Assembly: GCF_000829315.1 (NCBI RefSeq)
Contig: NZ_AP013028.1
Span: forward strand, 240,001-272,000
DNA length: 32,000 bases
DNA from: Wolbachia endosymbiont of Cimex lectularius
Lineage (GTDB): Bacteria; Pseudomonadota; Alphaproteobacteria; Rickettsiales; Anaplasmataceae
Direction: 5' to 3'
Below the pieces are notes generated by a model that saw nothing but the letters and a program-made list of their open reading frames with translations, was not told where the DNA came from and did not search any database. Made by a program: the position numbers and the translations under genes. Positions within the stretch are counted from its first letter, which is position 1; each line of letters opens with the position of its first letter. Of this stretch, positions 19,949-29,934 are shown one piece after another.

Positions 19949-21315
19949 CTATTTAACAGGAAGAGCGTAGCTAAACCAAGAAATATAAAAGCTGAAAGAA
20001 TATCGGTTGTTGCTGATGTTAGAATTGAAGAGGAAACTGCAGGGTCGGATTTTAAACGATGGAGCATTATAGGAATGAAAGTTCCAATAAATGTTGCAAT
20101 GATCGACATCATAATCATGGAGGCTACAAAAATGATCTCCACTTTGAAGCTGTGAAATCTCACTGCTAATACTACAAGTGAAATAGTAGATAGAATTATC
20201 CCATTTATCAGACCTATTAAAAATTCTTTTATCAGTATTCTGTTTGCATTTTGCTCAGTTAAATATTTTGTTGCGATTGCTCTGATGGTGAGTGTTACTG
20301 TTTGAGATCCTGCGTTTCCGCTCATCGATGCAATTATTGGCATAACTATTGGCAGTACTACAAAACTCTTTATTACGTTGTCGAAAAAGCCAACTACTAT
20401 AGAGCATATCGTTGCGGCTAAAAGGTTGAACAACAACCAAGGTAGTCTTTGAATTATGGTTTTATGTATAGGGGCATTTATGTCAGCCTTGGACGACACA
20501 CCGCTTATTTTCAGTACATCTTCTTCTGTTTCTTGTTGGACAACTTTTATTACATCTTCAATTAAAATCACACCTATGATTTTACCGCGCTTATTTACTA
20601 CAGGAGCGGATAATAGAGAGTAATCTTTAAATATTCTTGCTACTTCCTCTTGGTCTACGCCAGTTTTAATGATTTTTATGTCCTGACTCATTATTTCTTT
20701 TATTGTTGTTTCTCCTGAGTGAGATATTACTTTATTTAGGTTAACACTACCTATAGGTTCTAATTTTGAGTTGATAACAAAAATCTGATGGAATGTTTCT
20801 GGTATTTTTCTATAGTTGCGCAAGAATTCTGTTAGCTGGTTTATTGTCCAATAATATGGAGCTATAACCATGTTTTTATGTATCAACCTTCCCGCACTTT
20901 CTTCTGGATATGATAACAACTCCTCTACTAACTTTTGAGTTGTGTCGGGCAAGTAGTGAAGTATGTTTTCTATAGACTTTCTATCCAAATCTTTCACTAT
21001 GGTTACTATGTCTTCTACATCAAGGAGCGTGAGTAACTTTGCCGTGTTTTCTATCCCCAGTATTTCTATGATTTCCGCTTGTAAATCTGGTACTACATGC
21101 ACTAGGGCATCACTTAACAAATGTTGATCTAGGATACTAACTAATTTTTCCCTGTGGTCACTGATTGAAGTAGATAAAAAGTAGGCTAACTGAACGCTAT
21201 CTATTGTTTTTACGATATCGCGAACGTTTTCTAGCTCCTCGTTATCAAGTGACTCGATTAGGTCATCAATAGCCTTGTTATCTAAACCATAATGGGAATT
21301 TATCTCAATATTCAT
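19945..21315 (-). CDS. mgtE: Magnesium transporter MgtE
   Basis: 456 aa; N-terminal MgtE domain, CBS pair (LDREDIVTIV..., [25 protein letters not shown]), C-terminal [20 protein letters not shown] and [30 protein letters not shown]. Confidence 0.96.
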   Translation of the reverse strand: MNIEINSHYGLDNKAIDDLIESLDNEELENVRDIVKTIDSVQLAYFLSTSISDHREKLVSILDQHLLSDALVHVVPDLQAEIIEILGIENTAKLLTLLDVEDIVTIVKDLDRKSIENILHYLPDTTQKLVEELLSYPEESAGRLIHKNMVIAPYYWTINQLTEFLRNYRKIPETFHQIFVINSKLEPIGSVNLNKVISHSGETTIKEIMSQDIKIIKTGVDQEEVARIFKDYSLLSAPVVNKRGKIIGVILIEDVIKVVQQETEEDVLKISGVSSKADINAPIHKTIIQRLPWLLFNLLAATICSIVVGFFDNVIKSFVVLPIVMPIIASMSGNAGSQTVTLTIRAIATKYLTEQNANRILIKEFLIGLINGIILSTISLVVLAVRFHSFKVEIIFVASMIMMSIIATFIGTFIPIMLHRLKSDPAVSSSILTSATTDILSAFIFLGLATLFLLNS

Positions 21316-21469
21316 ATCTTCACCTTACTTCTTAACACATATACGTACTTGATCCCTTTAAACATTAGAGTATAATAAGATTGTTTTAAATTAACTACTA
21401 TATGGTTAAATTTCTGTTTTGTGTACTGTTATTGTTATTGATAGTGAATATATTAAAATCTAAAGCATA

Positions 21470-22574
21470 ATGAAAGCCTATTTAGAAATTTTTGAACACT
21501 TTCAGAGCTTAGATAAGAGTATTTCTGTCATTAGGAGGTGTCTTTGACGTAGGAAAATTGAAGTTACGTCTTGCAGAACTGGAATCTCAGGCTGCAGATG
21601 ATGATCTATGGCAGGACAACCAAAAAGCACAAGAAATTTTAAAAGAACGTTCTAAAATCAAAAATGATGTGGAGTCATTTTCAAAGTTAGGAAGTGATTA
21701 CAACGATGCTATCGGCCTAATGAAATTTGCTATTGATGAAAATGATGAGGAATTTTTCTCTGAAGTTGAAAATGAATTAGTGAAGCTAGAGAAATTAATC
21801 AAGCGCAAGGAAACAGAATCCTTATTTACTGGTGAAGCAGATAATAATGACTGCTTCTTGGAAATTCACTCAGGAGCTGGCGGAACAGAGAGCAATGATT
21901 GGGCTGAAATGCTCATGCGCATGTATATGAGGTGGGCAGAGATTTATCACAACTTTAAAGTTGAAGTTGTGGAAAAATTGGAGGGAGAATCGGTTGGCAT
22001 AAAATCTGCAACAATAAAAATCGTTGGAGAAAAAGCTTATGGATGGGCAAAAAGCGAAAGTGGTATTCACAGACTGGTTAGAATATCACCATTTGATGCA
22101 AACAGCAAACGTCATACCAGTTTTGCAAGCGTAGGGGTGACACCGGTGATAGAAGATTCAATTGATATTGCTGTGGATGAGAAGGATCTAAAGATCGACA
22201 CCTACCGCGCTTCAGGGGCAGGCGGTCAGCATGTAAACAAAACTGAGAGTGCAGTGCGTATTACGCACATTCCAACTGGTGTCATAGTTCAGTGCCAAAA
22301 CAGCCGTTCCCAGCATCAAAACAAGCATGAGGCATTGAGATTGCTTAAAGGACGTTTATACCAAATTGAGCTGGAAAAAAAAGAACGGGAAATGGCTGAA
22401 GAATACGGCAAAAAATGCGACATAGGCTGGGGTAATCAAATTAGGTCATATGTTGTGCATCCATATCAAATGGTGAAGGATTTAAGAACCGGATATGAAG
22501 TGGGGAATATAAATTCCGTTTTTGATGGTAACATAGATTGTTTCATAGTTAGTGTGCTGACTAATAAAAATTAG
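21470..22574 (+). CDS. prfB: Peptide chain release factor 2, expressed by programmed +1 frameshift: join(21470..21544, 21546..22574)
   Basis: ATG at 21470 gives MKAYLEIFEHFQSLDKSISVIRRCL then TGA at 21545; slippery CTT_TGA_C preceded by AGGAGG; +1 reading continues DVGKLKLRLAELESQ into the track ORF. GGQ motif SGAGGQHVNKTESAVRITHIPTG. Confidence 0.97.
21531..21548 (+). promoter_or_regulatory. prfB +1 frameshift signal (internal SD plus slippery stop)
   Basis: TT AGG AGG TGT CTT TGA C; same spacing as E. coli AGG GGG TAT CTT TGA C. Confidence 0.95.
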
Positions 22575-22639
22575 GTAGGGTTGACTTTTTTCTGTAATAT
22601 GTAATAATTAAAATATTATTTAAAGTCAGAGGTAAAGTT

Positions 22640-24079
22640 ATGACAATGAAATATGAGCAGTGGAAAGAAATATTAAGTGCAATCGATAAAGAAGCAGATT
22701 TAAGTAAAGATAACGTAATTGAAAAGATAGCAAAGAAATTAGAAGAAAAAAACAGAGATAAGTATGAAAAGTGGGGTGAGGTTGATTTTGATGTAAATCA
22801 TCTGTTTCACACTGTTTTTAAGTCCGATCTTCCATTATTATTTCAAGACCCTGAGTATGAATATACGTTATTACACTTAATTGCCCACGATAACCTAGGA
22901 AATGTGGCAAATGCCCTATTAACAGTAGAAGAAATTGATGTTAATGCGGTACAAGGTGGATCATCTCGGTGGACTCCTTTACATGTAGCTGCTGAATTTA
23001 ATAGTGAAAAGGTAATAGATGCTTTATTGAGTGCAGAAAAAATAAATGTCAATGCAGAAAGTTGTAGGAAATGTACTCCTTTGCATATAGCTGCTCACTA
23101 CGACAGTGAGAAAGCAATATGTGCTCTGTTAAAAGCGGAAGACATTGATGTTAATTTAATAAATAAAAATTCTGAAACCCCTTTACATTGTGCTGCTCGG
23201 TTCGGTAATGAAGAGGCAATAAGCGCTCTACTGAAAGCAAAAGATATTAACGTTAATGCAATAGATAAAGATAACAAAACCCCTCTACTTTTAGCTGCCT
23301 CAGATTCTGGAAATGAAGGGGCCTTAAATATTCTAGTAGAAAGAGCAGATGTTAAAGCAGTAGATAGGGGTGGAAATACTCCTTTGCATTTAGTTGCTTT
23401 ACGTTATGACGATGGAGGAATTGTAAAAGCTCTAGTAGAAGGAGGGGCTAATGTTAATGCAGAAAATCAAGATAGGTGTACTCCTTTACATTTAGCTGCT
23501 GAACATGGTCATACAGACACAATAAATGCTCTAATACAAAACAGAGCTAATGTTAAAGTGGTAAATAAAAATGGAAGTACCCCTTTACATTTGGCTGCTG
23601 CTTGGAGCAAGTGGGTAGTAATGATTCTCATAGTAAATGTAGCGGATCCTTTATTAAAGAATAAAGATGGTAAAACTCCAAGGGACTTACTATTAAAGCA
23701 TATCGCTGAAGATGATGATATAAAGAGAATTTTGAAGGCGGCAGAAGAAAAACAACTTAAAAAACTAAGCAAAGAAACAGACTTACCGCAAGATGACAAA
23801 GATACAACACGTCTTTTAGGAAAAACAGAATCTACATCAGCAGCTACAAAAGGAGTTTTTGCCGGCTGTGTAACTGCAGCACTCAGTACTGCTGTAGCAG
23901 TGGCACTTTTTGCAACCGGGATGGTTGCAGTTGAGTTGATACCCATAATGATAGCAGTAGCTGCAGTTACAATAGCAGCGCTAGCAGTTGGTGGCACCAC
24001 ATATATGCTATCAAAGCCTAGCACTAAAGTGGACAAAATGAAAGAAACACAAGTAGATAAGCAGGAAGTCCTGGTTTGA
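22640..24079 (+). CDS. Ankyrin repeat protein with C-terminal transmembrane hairpin
   Basis: 479 aa; tandem ANK units (RWTPLHVAAEFNSEKVIDALLSAEKINVNAES, CTPLHLAAEHGHTDTINALIQNRANVKVVNK, STPLHLAAAW) then VFAGCVTAALSTAVAVALFATGMVAVELIPIMIAVAAVTIAALAVGG. Confidence 0.93.
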   Translation: MTMKYEQWKEILSAIDKEADLSKDNVIEKIAKKLEEKNRDKYEKWGEVDFDVNHLFHTVFKSDLPLLFQDPEYEYTLLHLIAHDNLGNVANALLTVEEIDVNAVQGGSSRWTPLHVAAEFNSEKVIDALLSAEKINVNAESCRKCTPLHIAAHYDSEKAICALLKAEDIDVNLINKNSETPLHCAARFGNEEAISALLKAKDINVNAIDKDNKTPLLLAASDSGNEGALNILVERADVKAVDRGGNTPLHLVALRYDDGGIVKALVEGGANVNAENQDRCTPLHLAAEHGHTDTINALIQNRANVKVVNKNGSTPLHLAAAWSKWVVMILIVNVADPLLKNKDGKTPRDLLLKHIAEDDDIKRILKAAEEKQLKKLSKETDLPQDDKDTTRLLGKTESTSAATKGVFAGCVTAALSTAVAVALFATGMVAVELIPIMIAVAAVTIAALAVGGTTYMLSKPSTKVDKMKETQVDKQEVLV

Positions 24080-24124
24080 GCATATAGTTCATAAAACCCC
24101 ACTATTACTATAAGACCACAGATC

Positions 24125-24976
24125 CTATTTCCGTCGTGTGCTACTGTGTTGCTCTATAGACAATATGCCGCCATCGCCGGAGAGCAAAGTGCGTGCTGGC
24201 TCACATTGTCTTAGGCGTTCAATTGCCTGCTTTTTGTCAGCTTCATTGCGTGCATTAAAACTACATTGAAGGCCTACACCACCTTCAATAAGGCTACATT
24301 GCAAGCCAAAACCAGCAGCAAAACCTTCTGTTTTACCAGGAAGATTTCCAGCAATGATTCCCTTTATAGTAACATTTTGGTCATTTGCAGTTGTTCGTAT
24401 CATTCCTTTGCCGTCTTTGATATCGTCATCTGCAATCCTTGCTACAACAATCCGATCTATGGCTTGTTTATCTTTCATTACTCGGGATATTACTTCTATA
24501 TCTGGCTGACCCTGATCTGTATCGTCCTGTTGCTCCAATTTATTAGCTTCTTCTTTTATGCGTTTTTTGTACTCTTCTTCACTTTTCACTTTGACTTCAT
24601 TTACTTCTATATTTGTATCTTTTTGATTGAAGAAATCCCTATTGATGTAATAAAAAATAAGCGCAGGTATTAGTGAAGTCATTAAATTTGATATAATACA
24701 CGGAATTAAAATTATAGCAGCAACAATATAGATGAGGATTCTAGCTGTAAACTTTAGTATTTTGGATAGTTTAGAATCGTTTTTGTGAGCACTAACAGCA
24801 TTCAAAAAAAGGTAGACATACATAATCGACGCTATTGTTGCAGCAGTGGGCACGATAATTGGAACAAGTAAAAGAGCGTTGATTAGCTTTTTCCAGGTAC
24901 TAGTTGGTTTGGCGCTACTGCTTAGCGATGCAAGATAGTTTTAGCCAGCATTGGCAACCCATTTTGTACTTGATAA
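24125..24976 (-). pseudogene. Hypothetical membrane protein gene split by IS copy 2 directly after its start codon; an additional in-frame TAA lies near the N-terminus
   Basis: Track ORF 24125..24853 extends in frame upstream as NYLASLSSSAKPTSTWKKLINALLLVPIIV before a TAA at about 24940. Removing the IS restores ATG TTA TCA AGT ACA AAA TGG GTT GCC AAT GCT GGC TAA AAC TAT CTT. Confidence 0.75.
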
Positions 24977-24984
24977 GAACCTGT

Positions 24985-25341
24985 TTAAAATCTTCGTAAC
25001 AGGAGAGAAATGAAGGAGAGGACTATCATCTGTAAGCTAGTGTTGAGCTTCCGCTCGCAATTTTTCCACAATCGCCTGCACTTTTCTAACCAGGCAAAAG
25101 AGCGTTCAACAACCCATCTTTTTGGCAATACGACGAAAGTGTGTAACTCACTTCGCTTTATTACTTCAACAGTCGCACCAATGATAGCTTTTATTTGTGT
25201 TGCAAAATTTTCTCCTGTGTAGCCAGCATCAACCAGTATGTTTTTAACTTCAGAGAGGTTTGCTTTAGCATTTTCGACCATTTTCACAGCACTGCTACGG
25301 TCAGTTGCTTCTGCCGTTGTTACATAAATTGCATGTGGCAA
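24985..25341 (-). CDS. IS5-family transposase, downstream frame (orfB portion)
   Basis: Same as copy 1 with one M to T difference (HAIYVTTAEA). Confidence 0.93.
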   Translation of the reverse strand: MPHAIYVTTAEATDRSSAVKMVENAKANLSEVKNILVDAGYTGENFATQIKAIIGATVEVIKRSELHTFVVLPKRWVVERSFAWLEKCRRLWKNCERKLNTSLQMIVLSFISLLLRRF

Positions 25342-25459
25342 ACCTTGTGTATCAACTGCAATATGGCGCTTTATCCCCGAAATCTTTTTACCTGCATCAT
25401 AGCCTTTTTTTTCAGCAGTATCTGCGTTTTTAACGCTTTGAGAATCAATTATACAAAAG

Positions 25460-25780
25460 CTAGTTTTCTCTTTCCGACCATTGCTGATACGGACCTCTCC
25501 AACTAATTTTTTTTAAGACTAATTCCAACAAGCTTGGCTCTTCTCCATTCTTTTTACTCCACACTCGAAAATAGTAATATACGCTTTCCCATCTTGGAAA
25601 ACCCTTTGGTAACATCCTCCACTGACAACCACTTTTTAAGACGTACAACACCCCACAAAATACGTCATACAAATCAAGTTTTCTTGGTTTTGTTTTCTGC
25701 TTGCTACTCTCCAAAATTGGCCTGATTTTTTCAAACTGCTCTTGACTTATATTACTTGGATAACTTTTCTGCATAGACAC
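25460..25780 (-). CDS. IS5-family transposase, upstream frame (orfA)
   Basis: Protein identical to 18394..18714. Confidence 0.95.
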   Translation of the reverse strand: MSMQKSYPSNISQEQFEKIRPILESSKQKTKPRKLDLYDVFCGVLYVLKSGCQWRMLPKGFPRWESVYYYFRVWSKKNGEEPSLLELVLKKISWRGPYQQWSEREN

Positions 25781-25863
25781 CTCATTATTAATCTATGCTT
25801 ACTTTACCTCACATTTCCAAGATTTTAAACAGGTTCTAACATTATCAGTGGGGGTAAGAAGCT

Positions 25864-26642
25864 ATGTTAGAGCAGATAAAATCGTGTGTTGAAAAAATTC
25901 AAAAATCAAAACCTTTGATTCTGAATCTAACTAATTATGTGACTATGGATTTTGTTGCCAATGCTCTGCTTGCGATAGGAGCTGCACCAGTGATGTCTGA
26001 AGAAATAAATGAGCTTGATGAACTTATATCTTGCTCAAGTTCTGTCAATGTTAATATTGGAACGCTTAATGATGCTTTTCTCGAAAGAGTAGAACATGCG
26101 TCAAAAATTGCAAAGGAACTGGGAAAGACAGTAGTGCTTGATCCGGTAGGTTGTGGAGCAACAAAAGCTCGCACAGCAGCGAGTCAGAAGTTCATTCAAT
26201 ATGCTGATGTTGTTCGTGGCAATGCTAGTGAGATTATATCGCTTAACAATGATAATAAAGCTAAAACTCTTGGAGTTGAGTCACAGGATGCTACTCTTGA
26301 TGCAGAAGAAAGTGCTAACTCTTTAGCTGAGCAGTATGGTACAATAGTTGTAGTTAGTGGTGCAATTGATGTTGTAGTAAAAAAGGGCTTTATAAGACCC
26401 TATCATTTGGTTTGCCACTTATGCAATGTATTACAGGAGTGGGTTGTGCATTATCTTCTGTTGTTGCTGCATTTTGTTCTGTAGAAACTGATTTATTTCA
26501 AGCAAGTTTGCTAGCTACTGTATTCTACAGCTTATGTGGTGAGCAGGCAGCACAGAAAGCTTCTTGTCCTGGGTCTTTTAAGGTAGTGTTTCTTGACGCT
26601 TTACATGATCCTGATTTCAATTTTATGGGGGAAAAGTTATGA
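25864..26642 (+). pseudogene. thiM: Hydroxyethylthiazole kinase with a frameshift in a homopolymer run
   Basis: First frame: LILNLTNYVTMDFVANALLAIGAAPVMSEEINELDEL...VVLDPVGCGATKARTAAS...VVVSGAIDVVVKK. The other frame continues (GLYKTLSFG)LPLMQCITGVGCALSSVVAAFCSVE. Shift at the A-run 26379-26384. Confidence 0.88.
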
Positions 26643-27478
26643 AATATAAAGCTCTTTCAATTGCTGGTTTTGATGGCTCAGGTGGCGCTGGTATTCAAGC
26701 AGATCTTAAAGTATTCTCAGCCTTTGGTTGTTATGGAATGACGGTGTTAACTGCTTTACCAGTACAGAATACTGTAGGAGTAAAAAAATGTTATCCATTG
26801 CCTTTAGAGTCAATTGAGGAGCAATTAGCAGCTATTTTTGAAGATATAACACCAGACGTTGTAAAGATAGGAATGTTATTTAGTTCTGAAGTTGCAGAAT
26901 TAGTTTCAGAGTCTATTTTGAAATATACCATTAAAGCACCAATTGTAGTTGATCCGGTGATGGTAGCAAAGAGTGGAGACCATCTTCTTTTTCCTGAAGC
27001 AGTTAAGTCTATTCAAGAAAAGATCATTCCAATAAGTACAGTAGTTACTCCAAATCTATCAGAGGCTAAAGAATTAACAGGTATTGAAGTTAGAACTAAA
27101 GAAGAGATGCTTACTGTTGCAAAAGAATTACTAAAGTTTGGCTCAAAATCTGTATTACTCAAAGGTGGACATTTAAAAGACAGTAATGAATCATGTGACT
27201 TACTTGTTACGGCTGATGATGATTATGAATGGTTCAGTTACCCTAGAATTGAGACTAAAAATACTCACGGCACAGGTTGTACATTATCTGCTGCAATTGC
27301 TTCTTGTTTAGCTCTTGGCTTAGATCTTTTTGATAGTTGCAGAGCAGCAAAGAAGTACATAAGTAAAGCTTTAGAGGCTGCTCAAGACCAACACATCGGT
27401 AAAGGAATTGGACCTGTTCATCATTTTTATCATCTATGGCCAACACTCAGTAAAATTATTGAGGAACAAAATGACTAA
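26639..27478 (+). CDS. thiD: Hydroxymethylpyrimidine/phosphomethylpyrimidine kinase
   Basis: 279 aa; ALSIAGFDGSGGAGIQADLKVFSAFGCYGMTVLTALPVQNT, DPVMVAKSGDHLL, KNTHGTGCTLSAAIAS. Confidence 0.97.
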   Translation: MKYKALSIAGFDGSGGAGIQADLKVFSAFGCYGMTVLTALPVQNTVGVKKCYPLPLESIEEQLAAIFEDITPDVVKIGMLFSSEVAELVSESILKYTIKAPIVVDPVMVAKSGDHLLFPEAVKSIQEKIIPISTVVTPNLSEAKELTGIEVRTKEEMLTVAKELLKFGSKSVLLKGGHLKDSNESCDLLVTADDDYEWFSYPRIETKNTHGTGCTLSAAIASCLALGLDLFDSCRAAKKYISKALEAAQDQHIGKGIGPVHHFYHLWPTLSKIIEEQND

Positions 27479-28151
27479 GCTATCAGAAATAGTATGGAGA
27501 AAGTCAGAACATGTTTATCAAGACATTATTAACCAACCGTTTAACCAAGAATTAATGAGTGGAGCATTATCAAAAGAAAGGTTTTGTTACTATATAGAGC
27601 AAGATTCCTTTTATTTAAAACACTATGCAAATGCACTTGCTATGATTGCAGCACAATTACAAAACGTTGAACATATCAAGTATTTTCTAGAAGCTTCATT
27701 GGGCATAATTGATGAACAACAAAACCTACATTCGCTACTTAAAAAGGAGTTTGATTTTAAAGAAACAGGCAACCTTACGTTAGCAACTTTAGCCTATACG
27801 AGCTACCTTTGCTACATGTCTGCTGTTGAACCTCTTGAGGTTGCTGTTGCTGCAGCTTTACCATGTCCTTGGGTGTATAGGGAAGTTGGTCTTCATATTG
27901 CAAGACATTCTATATACAATAATCTTTTTGCATCTTGGATTAAGAACTATTCTAGTGAAAAGTTTGCGTTAGGTGTAGAAAAAGCAATCGATATTTTTGA
28001 TGATATTTCTGAGCAAACAACAAAAAGCATAAGGCAACAAATGTGTGATGCATTTTATAAATGTACTGTTTTGGAATGGTATTTTTGGTGTGATGCATAT
28101 GAAATGCGTGTTTTTGATAATACAAAATGTATTAACGTTCCCGTTGTATAA
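27471..28151 (+). CDS. tenA: Thiaminase II/TenA family protein (start reassigned from track ORF 27408)
   Basis: MTKLSEIVWRKSEHVYQDIINQPFNQELMSGALSKERFCYYIEQDSFYLKHYANALAMIA...AALPCPWVYREVG; ATG at 27471 overlaps the thiD stop by 8 nt. Confidence 0.93.
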   Translation: MTKLSEIVWRKSEHVYQDIINQPFNQELMSGALSKERFCYYIEQDSFYLKHYANALAMIAAQLQNVEHIKYFLEASLGIIDEQQNLHSLLKKEFDFKETGNLTLATLAYTSYLCYMSAVEPLEVAVAAALPCPWVYREVGLHIARHSIYNNLFASWIKNYSSEKFALGVEKAIDIFDDISEQTTKSIRQQMCDAFYKCTVLEWYFWCDAYEMRVFDNTKCINVPVV

Positions 28152-28533
28152 AAAAGTGTCGGCTTTGTTATTTAGCTAGCTGTGTTAGGAGATATACCAA
28201 TTCCCAATGGGCCTTTTCCTCGTTATTGTCTTATGTAATGGGAGTTGTTATTAGTATTATACTTTGGTGTTCTAACTTGGCACGAACATCGTCATTTGAA
28301 CAGATCCTGGAGCAAAAAACAGCCTATATGTTTAATACGTTAAGTATATATATTTAGATCTTCATATATACATTAGTGTTTTGTAAAAATTTACAAAAAA
28401 AGCGAAAAAAAAGCTTGTTTTTCATGCTAAAAAAGACCTAAATTAAAAAGTAGCAAGTAAACATAAAAAATTTATCTTGCACTAAAGTCGGCCAAATTAG
28501 GCGATTTTATATTGTATTAATAGTGAGGATATC

Positions 28534-29130
28534 ATGAGTAAGGAAGCAAAAGAAGCTTTTGACAGATTTATTGGAGCATTTTTAGATAACCCGCTTCAAA
28601 ATATCAACGAAAGATTAAAAAGAGGTCGTACAGTATTGCACTATGCAGCACAACTTTCAGATGCTGGAGTAATAAGGTTGTTAATAGAAGAAGGTGCAAA
28701 TATTAATGCTAGAGATGATAATGGAGAAACAGCATTACACTTAGCAGCATTTTCAGGAAAGGTGGAAAACGTGAAAGCACTGCTCGAAGGAGGAGCAGAA
28801 GTAAATGCAATATCAAATAACAGAGCAGTGCCACTACACTTAGCGTGTTTAGCCAGAAGAATAAAAACAATAGAAGTGCTAATAAATTCGGGTGGAAATA
28901 TAGATGCAATAGATAAATTTGGATGTAGTCCACTAAGCTATGCAAAAATTTACCCGAAGGTGACGAGTCACCTAGAAAAGAAGGGAGTGAACATGAGAGA
29001 TGTACCTCCGATGTATGGAAAAGCAAACGAGGCAGTAAAAGAAATAATGGAGAGACGTGGAACAAAAGTGGTGAGTTTAGATGAAATAGAAGAAATCTTA
29101 TTGTCTGAAAAGACTAGCCAAAAAGGTTGA
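28534..29130 (+). CDS. Small ankyrin repeat protein
   Basis: 198 aa; GRTVLHYAAQLSDAGVIRLLIEEGANINARDDNGETALHLAAFSGKVENVKALLEGGAEVNAISNNRAVPLHLACL. Confidence 0.93.
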   Translation: MSKEAKEAFDRFIGAFLDNPLQNINERLKRGRTVLHYAAQLSDAGVIRLLIEEGANINARDDNGETALHLAAFSGKVENVKALLEGGAEVNAISNNRAVPLHLACLARRIKTIEVLINSGGNIDAIDKFGCSPLSYAKIYPKVTSHLEKKGVNMRDVPPMYGKANEAVKEIMERRGTKVVSLDEIEEILLSEKTSQKG

Positions 29131-29364
29131 CGAAAGGTAGTGAGCAAGTTTGCTTTTGTTTAATAGGTTAAGCATATAGGTTTATATCTTAACATGCCGC
29201 ATTAATATTCAAAAAAATGTGTATATTTTTCAAAAAAAAACTTGCTTTTGATAGTAAAAAAGACATAGCTAAAATAGTAGTGGGTAAACATAAAAAATTC
29301 ACCTAGTGCTACAAAGTAAGCCAAATTAGGCAATTTTATATGGGTTTAATAGTTGAGGAGCATC

Positions 29365-29934
29365 ATGGTAAAATTTAGTAAAAAAGAAAGAGAGGAATTT
29401 AATAAATCGTGGGAAAAATTATTAGAGAACTCATTTAAAAATATTAATAAAAAAGACGAAAAAGGAAGAACGATATTGCATTATGCAGTGGGAAATTCCG
29501 ATCCAAAAACAGTGAGATTATTGATCAAAAAAGGAGCAGATATAAATTCTGCAGATGTGGGAGGTTATGTACCAATGCACCTAGCTGTAATAGGAGAGCA
29601 CCTAGAAAACGTAAAGGAGCTAATAAGTTCAGGAGCGAAAGTAAACGTCGCGGAACGTAATGACAAATACACCCCACTACATCTGGCATGCATGATATGG
29701 GAAGTAGAAATAGTAAAAGAATTAGTAAAAGCTGGAGCAAAAGTAGATCAACCTGATAAATCCGGCAAAACACCAATTGATTATGCTAGAAATAATAAAG
29801 AAATAACGGAAGTGTTAGAGGGCGTAAAAATCGCAAAAAAACAGGGAGAATTTCTGGAAAAGACCGTAGCCGGTGTGATATTGGCAGAGGAAGAGCTGAT
29901 AGAAGCGGATAAAGAGCTGGAGGAAAAGAGGTAG
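29365..29934 (+). CDS. Small ankyrin repeat protein, paralogue of the preceding gene (start reassigned from 29353)
   Basis: GRTILHYAVGNSDPKTVRLLIKKGADINSADVGGYVPMHLAVIGEHLENVKELISSGAKVNVAERNDKYTPLHLACM. Confidence 0.92.
   Translation: MVKFSKKEREEFNKSWEKLLENSFKNINKKDEKGRTILHYAVGNSDPKTVRLLIKKGADINSADVGGYVPMHLAVIGEHLENVKELISSGAKVNVAERNDKYTPLHLACMIWEVEIVKELVKAGAKVDQPDKSGKTPIDYARNNKEITEVLEGVKIAKKQGEFLEKTVAGVILAEEELIEADKELEEKR

Larger units (their letters stand above)
24977..25836 (-). mobile_element. IS5-family insertion sequence copy 2 (860 bp), near-identical to copy 1 and same orientation
   Basis: Same termini GAACCTGTTTAAAATCTT / AAGATTTTAAACAGGTTC; TSD TAA at 24974-24976 and 25837-25839; at least two substitutions relative to copy 1. 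Confidence 0.96.

Noticed and set aside
23509-24102. 197-aa antisense ORF opposite the ankyrin gene
   Set aside because: It is a mirror of ANK coding sequence; the sense frame has clear family motifs and the antisense product does not.
24266-24673. 135-aa plus-strand ORF
   Set aside because: Antisense to the better-supported minus-strand membrane protein; Cys/Phe/Tyr-rich composition is typical of antisense of AT-rich coding DNA.
25010-25725. Plus-strand ORFs inside the IS (also 18129..18659 in copy 1)
   Set aside because: Antisense to the transposase frames and duplicated only because the IS is duplicated.
27408-27470. Upstream extension of the tenA ORF (MDLFIIFIIYGQHSVKLLRNK)
   Set aside because: Overlaps coding sequence of thiD; MTKLSEIVW at 27471 is the natural TenA start with the usual overlapping stop/start arrangement.
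28709-29776. Minus-strand Leu-rich ORFs (28709..29065, 29525..29776) opposite the ankyrin genes
   Set aside because: Their Leu/Phe-rich composition is explained by complement of the ANK coding frame.
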